From the NCBI GenBank assembly GCA_965203905.1, contig CBDBDQ010000005.1, forward strand, positions 2,400,001-2,464,000: a DNA stretch of 64,000 nucleotides, in the 5' to 3' direction. Positions within the stretch are counted from its first letter, which is position 1. Every line of letters starts with the position of its first letter. Both the position numbers and the translations under genes were made by a program. This DNA is from Spirochaetia bacterium (GTDB lineage: Bacteria > Spirochaetota > Spirochaetia > SZUA-6 > Bin103). Positions 20,755 through 29,499 of the stretch are shown piece by piece. Below the pieces are notes generated by a model. It was not told the DNA's origin and searched no databases. It saw only the letters and a program-made list of their open reading frames with translations.

Positions 20755-20775
20755 AATTCGCATTTTTTGCGAATT
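20755..20775. promoter_or_regulatory. Inverted repeat in the AT-rich abiE promoter region, candidate AbiEi operator
   Basis: AATTCGCA-TTTTT-TGCGAATT; a second AATTCGC half-site at 20679; minus-strand TATATT -10-like box at 20711-20716. Confidence 0.45.
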
Positions 20776-20894
20776 CGAGCAGCGAAGATATCTAATCTCG
20801 AAGACGAACCGAGGTGCCGCCGGAGACGCGCGGGTTCAGACTTGGGTCATCGTCACCGGGACTGGAGCGGAGATCGCTCCGCTGGTTGTTTGGG

Positions 20895-22283
20895 CTATAC
20901 GACCGCGGATGGCAGAGTGCGCTCGATCTCGTCGATGCGGTAGCCGAAGCCGCTCCCGGTCACGGACTTCAGGTCGACGTGTCCGTCACGCCGGCGGTAG
21001 AGGCCGGGATGGACCCGCGCTTCGGCGGCTGAGGCGGCCGGGTAGAACTGCATGGCGTTGGTCTCCACGCCCATGATGGTGCCGGCGTGTGCCGCCAGTT
21101 GCAGGTGCGGGACCTGCGCCAGCATCGGATTGGTCAGGTCCTGCACCATCAGGGTCATGCCGTGGTGGCGCGCCCAGCACAGGCTGAGGATGGCGCCGGT
21201 CTGCGTCTTGCAGGTCTTCAGGGCCACCCCGCTCCAACCGAGCGAGCGGCCGAGGCGTACCAGCGTCCAGTCGTGGGCGCTCTCATCCATGAACAACGGC
21301 TTGCGTGCCGCCACCGAGCGCACGTCGATCTGATGCTGCTCCAGGTCGTAGGGGAACGGCTGCTCGACGTAGAGGATCGCGGCGTAGGTGCGCGGCTCGT
21401 GGTCGCGCAGTCGGTCCAGTATCCGGTTCACGTACTCGGGCTCGGTCACCGTACAGTTGAAGTCGGCGGACAGCCACAGCACCGGATGCCGTGCCGCGAT
21501 GGCACCTACCGCCGCCAGGCGCCGGTAGTCCCACTCGGCGTCGTCGCCGCGCAGCTTCACCTTGAGCGCCTGCAGTCCGTCGCTGCGGATCCAGTCCTCC
21601 AGCAACACCGGGTAGCCGTCGTCCGGCTCGTCCCCGGTGAGCTCGTCCGGCGAGAGGGGGTCGAGGCCCCCGACCAGGTGCCATGCCATCAGCCGGCGGC
21701 GCGGCGGCACCAGGTAGTCGCGGGGGTAGCGGCCGGCAAAGGCGGGGTCGCCCAGGAGCGCGGCCAGGTCGCTGCCCAGGTGCTCGGGGCCGTAGGTGTC
21801 GTAGGTGGGACAATCCAGCAGCTTGCCGTAGGCGTCATGGGTAGCCAGATCGAACGCCGAGGCACATACCAGGGCGGCGAGCCAGGGGATCGCGGCGGCG
21901 CCCGGCCGGGTGCGGTTGGCCGCCGCCAGCAGCTCCGGCAGGCGCCGCTCGACGAAGCGCTGGCCGATCTCCAGCGGATGACCCGGCTCCGCCGCATCCG
22001 GCCAGGCCCGCGCGATCGCCTCGCTGAGACCGCACAGCGCCTGCAGCCGTTCTGCGTAAGGGATGCCGCTCGGCCAGACCCATTGCACGCTCAGCGGCGT
22101 CTCGCCCCAGCCCACGACGGTTTCGGACCCGTCTCCGGCGCGGCTCAACTCGACGCTGGCGCGCGCGCAGATGACCGACGTGGTGACCTCCGGACCGAAC
22201 TTCAGCGGCACGCGGGTGGTGACCGGCAGATAGTACAGGTGGGTGGCACCTACCGCCGCGCTGCACGAATGGTGAGTGGGCAT
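20895..22283 (-). CDS. Mandelate racemase/muconate lactonizing (enolase superfamily) enzyme
   Basis: KVK motif, metal ligands in ADFN, YVEQP and MDES, ALKTCK. Confidence 0.85.
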   Translation of the reverse strand: MPTHHSCSAAVGATHLYYLPVTTRVPLKFGPEVTTSVICARASVELSRAGDGSETVVGWGETPLSVQWVWPSGIPYAERLQALCGLSEAIARAWPDAAEPGHPLEIGQRFVERRLPELLAAANRTRPGAAAIPWLAALVCASAFDLATHDAYGKLLDCPTYDTYGPEHLGSDLAALLGDPAFAGRYPRDYLVPPRRRLMAWHLVGGLDPLSPDELTGDEPDDGYPVLLEDWIRSDGLQALKVKLRGDDAEWDYRRLAAVGAIAARHPVLWLSADFNCTVTEPEYVNRILDRLRDHEPRTYAAILYVEQPFPYDLEQHQIDVRSVAARKPLFMDESAHDWTLVRLGRSLGWSGVALKTCKTQTGAILSLCWARHHGMTLMVQDLTNPMLAQVPHLQLAAHAGTIMGVETNAMQFYPAASAAEARVHPGLYRRRDGHVDLKSVTGSGFGYRIDEIERTLPSAVV

Positions 22284-22397
22284 CGCGCTCGGAGTATAGG
22301 GGGCCAACGGCCGGCGGACAACGAGCGGCCGGCGCGGCGAAGCCGGTGGGCGGTACCCCGGCGGCACTCCCGGCACCGGGCAGTGCACCCGCGGGCG

Positions 22398-22530
22398 AAA
22401 AAAAGGCCCCTGGGTAAAGGAGGTGAAACCCCAGGGGCCAATGGATGGTAGTCGGCGTAGCTTGCGGGTGTGCTCAGTTCCCTCAAGCTTTGCAAGCCAA
22501 ACGCTTGCAGACAGGAGGTTTCACCGACGT
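22398..22530 (-). ncRNA. Putative structured sRNA, copy 1, ending in an anti-SD-loop terminator
   Basis: 10-bp stem 22405-22414/22430-22439, loop GUUUCACCUCCUUUA, U7 tail; internal hairpins 22459-22489 and 22491-22509; second CCUCCU at 22513-22518; 5' end inferred. Confidence 0.55.
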
Positions 22531-22535
22531 TATAA

Positions 22536-22563
22536 TCGTCGGCTTCCGGCACTCACAGCTTTA
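22536..22563 (-). promoter_or_regulatory. Sigma28 (FliA)-like promoter for sRNA copy 1
   Basis: Minus strand TAAA-N16-GCCGACGA versus consensus TAAA-N15/16-GCCGATAA; upstream A/T tracts. Confidence 0.4.
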
Positions 22564-22632
22564 ATCATTTTCGAAGAAATCGGAATTTTTTTGACTCCTG
22601 TCGAGCGAGATTCCTGTCGAGAGCGCGGGCAT

Positions 22633-22742
22633 AAAAAAAGGCCCCTGGGTAAAGGAGGTAAAACCCCAGGGGCCAGTGGATGGCCATCAGAACATCTGGG
22701 GGTAAAATCACACGCGCGTGTTCGGAATCCCCCAGTGTCTAT
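22633..22742 (-). ncRNA. Putative structured sRNA, copy 2, ending in an anti-SD-loop terminator
   Basis: 10-bp stem 22640-22649/22665-22674, loop GUUUUACCUCCUUUA, U7 tail; 5' hairpin CTGGGGG (22696-22702) / CCCCCAG (22729-22735) with inner ACACGCGCGTGT; 5' end inferred. Confidence 0.55.
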
Positions 22743-22749
22743 AAGTAAC

Positions 22750-22775
22750 AACAACAGTCGAGTTGGAAGGTTACA
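22750..22775 (-). promoter_or_regulatory. ECF-sigma-like promoter for sRNA copy 2
   Basis: Minus strand TGTAAC-N17-GTT, matching the generic ECF AAC...GTT pattern; T-tract upstream. Confidence 0.3.
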
Positions 22776-22809
22776 TGGGGTACCAAAAAAATGTGAAAGG
22801 AGACCACGC

Positions 22810-23466
22810 CTACCGCGCCGCACGGTAGCGCTCCAGATGGCGCCGCACCGCGCTGCGCTGCTCGGCGGCCACCGAGGCCAGTTCCACCACTTCCTCGATC
22901 GTGATCAGTGCGGCGGTGGCAAACCCGAACTCCGCCTGCAGCTCGGCCAGGGCGCTGGCCGACCCGCTGCCGCGCTCCATGCGATCGACCGCAATCAGCA
23001 GGCCGACGATCCGCGCCGCCGATCGGCTGCGCAGCAGCTCCACCGCTTCCCGCTTGGCGCCGCCATCGGTAACTACGTCGTCTACAATCAATACGCGGTC
23101 GTCGGCTTCCGGTTCCCGCCCCACCAGGGTCCCCGCCTCGCCGTGGGTCTTGGCCTCCTTGCGGTTGAAGGTGTAGCTCAGCGGGCGTCCCAGCATCCGC
23201 GAGGCGCTGATGGCGGTCGCGACGGCCAGCGGGATCGCCTTGTACGCGGGACCGAACAGGCAGCTCGGCGGGGCGCCGGCAAAGTGCTCGGCGATGGCGC
23301 CCGCGTACAGGTCCGCCAGTTGGGCGATCTGCTCCCCGTGATGGATCGCCCCCAGATTGACGAAGTAGGGCGAGGAACGCCCGCTCTTGGTGGTGAACCG
23401 GCCGAAACGCACGGCGCCGGTGTCCACCAGCAACTGCGCGAGGCGTTGCTTGTCGGGGGTGGTCAT
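22810..23466 (-). CDS. pyrE: Orotate phosphoribosyltransferase
   Basis: FGRFTTKSGRSSPYF, FGPAYKAIPL, FNRKEAKTHGE, PRPP loop IVDDVVTDG. Confidence 0.96.
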   Translation of the reverse strand: MTTPDKQRLAQLLVDTGAVRFGRFTTKSGRSSPYFVNLGAIHHGEQIAQLADLYAGAIAEHFAGAPPSCLFGPAYKAIPLAVATAISASRMLGRPLSYTFNRKEAKTHGEAGTLVGREPEADDRVLIVDDVVTDGGAKREAVELLRSRSAARIVGLLIAVDRMERGSGSASALAELQAEFGFATAALITIEEVVELASVAAEQRSAVRRHLERYRAAR

Positions 23467-23515
23467 GGCCCCCGCAGTGTAGCGGATCGCGCGCCGGTTC
23501 GGGTACGTTGCCCCC

Positions 23516-24001
23516 ATGGCACGCAAGCGGATCTACCTGGCGAGCCCGTACGGATTCTCGAAGCAGCAGAAGGCGTTGCTGCTGCCGCCCATAGTGGCGC
23601 GGCTGGAGGCGCTGGGCGCCGAGGTGTGGGAGCCGTTCGCGCGCAACAACTGGGACATTCCGCGCCCGGGATGGGCCTACCGCGTCGCTCAACGCGACCT
23701 CGGCGACGTGCTCACCTGTGACGCCATCTTCGCGGTCGTGAACGGCACGCCGCCGGATGAAGGCGTGATGGTGGAGCTGGGCGTGGCCATTGCGCGGCGG
23801 ATTCCCACGTTCCTGTTCCGTGACGACCTGCGCCGCTGCACCGACAGCGAACACTATCCGCTCAACCTGATGCTGTTCGCGGGGCTGCCAGAGCAGGGTT
23901 GGAAGGACTACTACTACACCGACCTGGACCATCTGGCACGGTCCGACAAGGCCCTGGCTCCCTGGCTGGCGGCCGGGGACACGGGCGCGGCTGCGGATTG
24001 A
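23516..24001 (+). CDS. Nucleoside 2-deoxyribosyltransferase family protein
   Basis: IYLASP, PDEGVMVELG, LNLML. Confidence 0.9.
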   Translation: MARKRIYLASPYGFSKQQKALLLPPIVARLEALGAEVWEPFARNNWDIPRPGWAYRVAQRDLGDVLTCDAIFAVVNGTPPDEGVMVELGVAIARRIPTFLFRDDLRRCTDSEHYPLNLMLFAGLPEQGWKDYYYTDLDHLARSDKALAPWLAAGDTGAAAD

Positions 24002-25191
24002 GTGGCGTGTCGGGCGGCGAGCTGATCCTGGCGCTGATACTCGGAGGCATCGGGCTGGCGCAGCTCGCGCCGCCGCTGGCGAGCTGGTGGCGGCGCGCCC
24101 GCTACCGGCTGCCGCCGCTGGCCGGGCGGCCGTCGCCGCCGGTTCACCTGGTGGTGCCCTGCAAGGGCGGAGGCGCTCACCTGGCGCGCCACCTGGAGGC
24201 GTTCGCCGCGCAGCGTTACCGTCCACTGCTGGTGTCCTTCGTCACCGAGAGCGCATCTGACGCCGCCGTCCCGCTGATCGCGGAGCTGGCCGCCCGCCAC
24301 GACCACGTGCGCCACGTCGTAGCCGGACTGGCCAGTTCCGGGTCGCAGAAGATCCACAACCTGCTGGCCGCCGTCGCCGCCGCCCCGCCGCAGGCCGAGG
24401 TGTTCGCCTTCTGCGACTCCGACATCGAGCCGCACCCCGACCTGCTGCACCACCTGGTGGGGGCGCTGGTGTCCCACGGCGTCACCGTGACCACCGGCTA
24501 CCGCTGGCTGGCTCCGGAGCCGGCCGGTCTGGTGGCGCGGGTGCACACCGTGCTTTCGGCTTACCTGGCGACGCTGGCGGCGTGGCCGACCTCGCGGGTC
24601 GTGTGGGGTGGTACCTGGGCGATTCGGCGCAACGACTGGCAGCGGTTGCGGGTAGCCGAGTACTGGCGCCCGCGCCTCTCCGACGACCTGTCGCTGCAGA
24701 CCCTGCTGCAGCGCCACGGGGCGCGCCGCGAGTTCGTGCCCTGGTGCGTGTCGCCGACCCGCGACGCGCTCACCGGGCCGGCGCAGCTGCTGGACTGGTT
24801 CAGCCGCCAGGTTTTCTACATGCGTCTCTACACGCCCTCCTGGTGGCGCGTTGCGGTGGCGTCGCTGCTGTTGGCGGGGGTTGCGGTAGTGGGTGCGCTG
24901 GGGGTGCTGGCGGCACCGCTGTTGGGCTGGGGCTTCGCGGGCGTGCTGCCGGCCGCGGGCGCCGCCGTGATGCTCCTGGGTGTGCTCGCCGTGCCGCTGC
25001 TGATCGTCGCGCCGCGCCCCGGTCCCCTTACCTTCACGCGGCGGCAGTGGGTGGCGCTGGCGCCGCTGGCAGGGGTGGTCGCGCTGCTGAGCGCGGTCCA
25101 CTCGCTGTTCATGCGCCAGGTTACCTGGGCCAACATCACCTACACCTTCAACCGCGACGGAACGGTGAAGCGGGTTCAGCATCAACCGTGA
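23998..25191 (+). CDS. Membrane GT2/GT21 glycosyltransferase (ceramide glucosyltransferase/HpnI-like)
   Basis: N-terminal TM, VPCKG, QKIHNL, DSD, WGG, SDDL, WFSRQ, C-terminal TMs; TTG start overlaps the upstream stop (start uncertain). Confidence 0.82.
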   Translation: MSGVSGGELILALILGGIGLAQLAPPLASWWRRARYRLPPLAGRPSPPVHLVVPCKGGGAHLARHLEAFAAQRYRPLLVSFVTESASDAAVPLIAELAARHDHVRHVVAGLASSGSQKIHNLLAAVAAAPPQAEVFAFCDSDIEPHPDLLHHLVGALVSHGVTVTTGYRWLAPEPAGLVARVHTVLSAYLATLAAWPTSRVVWGGTWAIRRNDWQRLRVAEYWRPRLSDDLSLQTLLQRHGARREFVPWCVSPTRDALTGPAQLLDWFSRQVFYMRLYTPSWWRVAVASLLLAGVAVVGALGVLAAPLLGWGFAGVLPAAGAAVMLLGVLAVPLLIVAPRPGPLTFTRRQWVALAPLAGVVALLSAVHSLFMRQVTWANITYTFNRDGTVKRVQHQP

Positions 25192-25266
25192 ACCTGCGGG
25201 CCATGGCTGCATCGGTAAGCCCGCCGGGAGTATGCTGTCGGCGTCCAACGGACGAGGAGTGAGCAG

Positions 25267-26091
25267 ATGCATAGCACACGGGTAGCGTGCGGCCAGTTCC
25301 ATGCCCGCGCCGCCGACAAGGCGTACAACCTGGACCGGATGCGATCCCAGATCGACGAGGCTGCCGGCGCCGGGTGTGCCGTGATCCTGTTCCCGGAGCT
25401 GATCGTGAGCGCCTACCTGGCCGCCGACCGGGTACCCGAACAGGCCGAGCCGGTGCCGGGCCCGGCGGTGTCGCGGATCCAGGAGGACGCCGCCGCGGCG
25501 GGCATCGCGGTGGCGTTCGGCATGGCCGAGCGGGCGCCGGACGGCAAGCTCTACAACAGCCTGGTGGTGGTGGATGGCGCCGGCACGCTGGTGACCACCT
25601 ACCGCAAGCTGCACCTGTTCGGGGCCGAGACCTCGTGGGCCACCGCCGGCGATACGGTGCCGGTGTTCAGCGTCGGCGGCGTCACCGCCAGCGGCTGGAT
25701 CTGCTTCGATACCCGCTTCCCGGAGCTGGCGCAGTGCGCCGCCGCCGGCGGGGCGGAGCTGGCGCTGGTGCCCACCGCCTGGCTGGGTCCGCCCGCGGAG
25801 TGGGAGCTGGCACTGCGCGCGCGGGCCATGGACAACAGCATGTTCGTGGCCGGCGCGGACATCGTCAGCTTCGCCGACGGGCTGCGCTGCCGCGGCAACA
25901 GCCTGATCGCGGGTCCCCACGGCGAGGTGCTGGCGCGCGCCGAATCGGACACCGACTGCGTGATCCACGCCGACCTGGATCCCGCCTCCATCGCCCATCA
26001 GCACCAGCGCCTGGCGCTGCTGGCCAACCGCCGCGACGACCTGTTCGGCAGCGCCGGCGGCCGCGCCGCGGCCCAGACCGCCCGCGCCTGA
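25267..26091 (+). CDS. Carbon-nitrogen hydrolase (nitrilase superfamily)
   Basis: Catalytic triad in FPE, YRKLHL, ICFD; RARAMDN. Confidence 0.93.
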   Translation: MHSTRVACGQFHARAADKAYNLDRMRSQIDEAAGAGCAVILFPELIVSAYLAADRVPEQAEPVPGPAVSRIQEDAAAAGIAVAFGMAERAPDGKLYNSLVVVDGAGTLVTTYRKLHLFGAETSWATAGDTVPVFSVGGVTASGWICFDTRFPELAQCAAAGGAELALVPTAWLGPPAEWELALRARAMDNSMFVAGADIVSFADGLRCRGNSLIAGPHGEVLARAESDTDCVIHADLDPASIAHQHQRLALLANRRDDLFGSAGGRAAAQTARA

Positions 26092-26174
26092 GGCGTTGCC
26101 GGCGGCTGCCCGGATGCCCACGGATGCCCCGCGGCGGGTGCCCGTGCCGGGTACATCGATGATAGGATGCCACC

Positions 26175-27332
26175 ATGAGTCGCAGAATTCGCATGGGAAT
26201 GGTGGGCGGCGGCAGAGACGCTTTCATCGGCGCCGTCCACCGCATGGCGGCTGCCCTGGATGGCCATATCGAACTGGTGTGCGGGGCGTTCAGCAGCGAT
26301 CCGGAGCGCTCGCGGGCGTCGGGAGCCGACCTCTACCTGCCACCGGACCGCGTCTACGGCGGCTACCAGGAGATGATGGAGGCGGAAGCCGGGCTGTCCG
26401 CGGACGAGCGCATGGACTTCGTGTCCATCGTCACCCCCAACCACGTCCACTTTCCGGTGGCCAAGGCGGCGCTGGAGGCGGGGTTCCACGTCATGAGCGA
26501 CAAGCCGATGACCTTCGACCTGGCGCAGGCGCGGGAGCTGCAGTCGCTGGTGGAGCGCACCGGGCTGCAGTTCGGCCTGACTCACAACTACACCGGCTAC
26601 CCGATGGTCAAGGAGGCGCGCCACCTGGTGCGCAGCGGCACCATCGGCAAGGTACGCAAGATCGTGGTGGAGTATCCCCAGGGCTGGCTGGCGCAGCTGA
26701 TCGAGGCCGAGGGCCAGAAGCAGGCGAGCTGGCGTACCGATCCGACCCGTGCGGGGGCCAGTTCCTGCATCGGCGACATCGGCACCCACGCCGAGAACCT
26801 GATGGAGTACATCACCGGGCTGCACATCACCGAGCTGTGCGCCGACCTCACCACCTTCGTCGCGGGCCGCAAGCTGGAGGACGACGGCAACGTCCTGGTG
26901 CGGCTGGAGCAGGGCGCCCGCGGCGTGCTGTACGCCAGCCAGGTCTCCGCGGGCGAGGAGAATCCCCTCACCATCCGCATCTACGGCGAGGACGCCGGCC
27001 TGGAGTGGCACCAGGAAGAGCCCAACACGCTCATCGTGAAGTGGGGGGCGCAGCATCGCGAGGTGCGGCGCACCGGCGTCGGCGAGCTGTCGGCGGCCAG
27101 CGCCGCCCATACCCGGCTTCCGCCCGGACACCCGGAGGGGTTCGTCGAAGCGTTCGCCAATCTGTATCGCAACTACGCGCTGGCGCTGCAGGCGCGGCTG
27201 GCCGGCGCAGATCCGGCGCCCGAACATCTCGATTTCCCCACGGTGCATGACGGGGTCCGCGGCATGGCCTTCATCGCGGCCTGCGTGGCCAGCTCCGCCA
27301 GCGCCGACAAGTGGACCAGACTGGAGGTATAG
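26175..27332 (+). CDS. Gfo/Idh/MocA family oxidoreductase
   Basis: GMVGGG..FIGAVH, TPNHVH, DKP, GDIGTH. Confidence 0.94.
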   Translation: MSRRIRMGMVGGGRDAFIGAVHRMAAALDGHIELVCGAFSSDPERSRASGADLYLPPDRVYGGYQEMMEAEAGLSADERMDFVSIVTPNHVHFPVAKAALEAGFHVMSDKPMTFDLAQARELQSLVERTGLQFGLTHNYTGYPMVKEARHLVRSGTIGKVRKIVVEYPQGWLAQLIEAEGQKQASWRTDPTRAGASSCIGDIGTHAENLMEYITGLHITELCADLTTFVAGRKLEDDGNVLVRLEQGARGVLYASQVSAGEENPLTIRIYGEDAGLEWHQEEPNTLIVKWGAQHREVRRTGVGELSAASAAHTRLPPGHPEGFVEAFANLYRNYALALQARLAGADPAPEHLDFPTVHDGVRGMAFIAACVASSASADKWTRLEV

Positions 27333-27334
27333 AC

Positions 27335-28339
27335 ATGGCACGAGAGGTAACCCTGTTCACCGGTCAGTGGGCGGACCTGCCGCTGGAGGAGTTGGCCGGG
27401 AAGGCGGCCGCCTGGGGCTTCGACGGCCTGGAACTGGCGTGCTGGGGCGACCACTTCGAGGTCGACAAGGCGTTGGCCGACGCCGGCTACGTCAGCGCCA
27501 AGCGGGAGCTGCTGGAGCGCCACGGCCTGAAGTGCCACACCATCAGCAACCACCTGGTGGGCCAGTGCGTGTGCGACTCCCCCATCGACGCCCGGCACCA
27601 GGGCATCGTCGGCCCGGAGATCTGGGGCGACGGCGACCCGGAGGGGGTGCGTCAGCGCGCGGCCGAGGCGATGAAGGACACCGCGCGGGCGGCCGCGAAG
27701 TTCGGCGTCACCACGGTGGCGGGGTTCACCGGGTCCAGCATCTGGTACGCGCTGGCCGGCTTCCCGCCGGCGGTGGAAGGCATGATCGACGCCGGCTACC
27801 AGGACTTCGCCGACCGCTGGAATCCGATTCTCGACGTGTTCGACCAGGAGGGGGTGCGGTTCGCCCTGGAGGTGCACCCCTCCGAGATCGCCTACGACTA
27901 CTGGACCACCCAGCGCACGCTGGAGGCGGTCGACCGGCGGCCGGCGTTCGGCATCAACTTCGATCCCAGCCACCTGGTGTGGCAGGCGGTGGATCCGGAG
28001 CAGTTCGTGCTCGACTTCGCGGACCGCATCTATCACGCCCACGTCAAGGAATCGCAGCGCAACCACAACGGCCGCAACGGCGCCCTGGCCTCCCACCTGG
28101 ACTTCGGCAACATGCGCCGCGGCTGGGACTTCGTGTCGCCGGGACGCGGCGAGGTGCCGTTCGAGCGGGTGTTCCGGGCGCTGAACTCCATCGGCTACCA
28201 GGGCCCGCTCTCGATCGAGTGGGAGGACAGCGGCATGGACCGCGAGCAGGGCGCGCCCGAGGCGCTCGGGTTCGTGCGCCGCACCGACCTGACCGCCTCG
28301 CAGATCGCCTTCGACGCCGCCTTCACCCAGTCGGAGTAG
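27335..28339 (+). CDS. Sugar phosphate isomerase/epimerase (AP endonuclease 2 TIM barrel)
   Basis: [40 protein letters not shown]. Confidence 0.93.
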   Translation: MAREVTLFTGQWADLPLEELAGKAAAWGFDGLELACWGDHFEVDKALADAGYVSAKRELLERHGLKCHTISNHLVGQCVCDSPIDARHQGIVGPEIWGDGDPEGVRQRAAEAMKDTARAAAKFGVTTVAGFTGSSIWYALAGFPPAVEGMIDAGYQDFADRWNPILDVFDQEGVRFALEVHPSEIAYDYWTTQRTLEAVDRRPAFGINFDPSHLVWQAVDPEQFVLDFADRIYHAHVKESQRNHNGRNGALASHLDFGNMRRGWDFVSPGRGEVPFERVFRALNSIGYQGPLSIEWEDSGMDREQGAPEALGFVRRTDLTASQIAFDAAFTQSE

Positions 28340-28461
28340 CACCAGGCTCCGTGCGGCGGTCGCCGGCGGGCCGCGCGGAGCAGTCTCGACACGGGGCGAA
28401 GACTCGTTCGTCCATGCCCTCGGCGGTCTCGGTGGCCGCCGATTCGTGCTATCGTCCAGCC

Positions 28462-29499
28462 GTGGCTGAAGAGATAGGAATCGGGATCGCCGGCCTCGGA
28501 CGCAGCGGCTGGTCGATTCATGCGCGGGCGCTGGGGGAACTTGGCGAGCACTACCGCGTGGTAGCGGTGTCCGATCCACTGGCGGAGCGGCGCGCGGAGG
28601 CGAGCGAGCGGTTCGGCTGCGCGGCCCACGAGGAGTTCGCCGCGCTGCTGGAGGACGAGCGCATCGAGGTGGTGGTGGTGGCGGCGCCCAGCCACCTGCA
28701 CGCCGAGTACACCGTCGCCGCGCTGCGTGCCGGCAAGCACGTGGTGTGCGAGAAGCCGATGGCGACCGACGTCGCGGCGGCCACGGAGATGAGCGCGGCG
28801 GCCGAGGAGACCGGCAGGCTGCTCACCGTGTTCCAGAACTACCGCTATCACGGCGACGTGGCCAAGGTGCGCGAGGTGCTCGCCTCCGGAGTGCTGGGGC
28901 GCATCGTGCTGATCCGCATCGCCCATCACTCGTTCACCCGGCGCTGGGACTGGCAGACGCTGCAGCGCTACGGCGGCGGGTCGATGAACAACACCGGCCC
29001 GCACGTCATCGATACCGGCCTGCTGCTGTTCGGGGACGGCGAGCCTCAGGTGACCTGCGTGCGCGACCGCACCCGCACCCTCGGCGACGCCGATGACCAT
29101 GTGATCATCCTGTTGCGCGGGGAACGCAACCCGGCCGTGCAGATCGAGATCACCGCGGCGTGCGCCTATCCCCAGGAGAAGTGGCAGGTGATGGGCTGTG
29201 AGGGCGGCCTGACCGGTTCCGACTCGGAGTTGCACTGGCGTTACGTGGAACCGGGATCGCTGCCGGAGCGGACCCTGAGCACGGAGCCGACCCCCGACCG
29301 CAGCTACAACCGCGACCCCGCGGTGTGGGTGGAGCACTCCTGGTCGCAGGACGAAGCCCCGGCCGGCCGCGGCGACGCCGGATTCTACCTGGACCTGTAC
29401 GCGGCCGTCCGCGACGGGCAGCCGGTGCCGGTGCCCGCGGAGGAGGTGCTGCGGCAGATGCGGGTGATGGAGGAGTGCCGCCGCCAGGCCCCGCTCTGA
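28462..29499 (+). CDS. Gfo/Idh/MocA family oxidoreductase
   Basis: GIAGLGRSG, HVVCEKP, GGGSMNNTGPH. Confidence 0.92.
   Translation: MAEEIGIGIAGLGRSGWSIHARALGELGEHYRVVAVSDPLAERRAEASERFGCAAHEEFAALLEDERIEVVVVAAPSHLHAEYTVAALRAGKHVVCEKPMATDVAAATEMSAAAEETGRLLTVFQNYRYHGDVAKVREVLASGVLGRIVLIRIAHHSFTRRWDWQTLQRYGGGSMNNTGPHVIDTGLLLFGDGEPQVTCVRDRTRTLGDADDHVIILLRGERNPAVQIEITAACAYPQEKWQVMGCEGGLTGSDSELHWRYVEPGSLPERTLSTEPTPDRSYNRDPAVWVEHSWSQDEAPAGRGDAGFYLDLYAAVRDGQPVPVPAEEVLRQMRVMEECRRQAPL

Larger units (their letters stand above)
22390..22683. repeat. Two ~60 bp near-identical direct repeats 235 bp apart (22390-22448 and 22624-22683)
   Basis: CGCGGGC-(G/AT)-A7-GGCCCCTGGGTAAAGGAGGT(G/A)AAACCCCAGGGGCCA(A/G)TGGATGG. 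Confidence 0.95.

Noticed and set aside
18420-20830. Transposon or integrative element carrying abiE (likewise the islands at 31.7-33.6 kb and 56.1-58.0 kb)
   Set aside because: Lower GC suggests horizontal origin, but I found no transposase, integrase, terminal repeats or target-site duplication by eye
22390-22683. Possible CRISPR array or small ORFs starting from the AAAGGAGG motifs
   Set aside because: Only two repeats 235 bp apart with no cas genes; the plus-strand ORFs are not conserved between copies and lack toxin-like hydrophobicity
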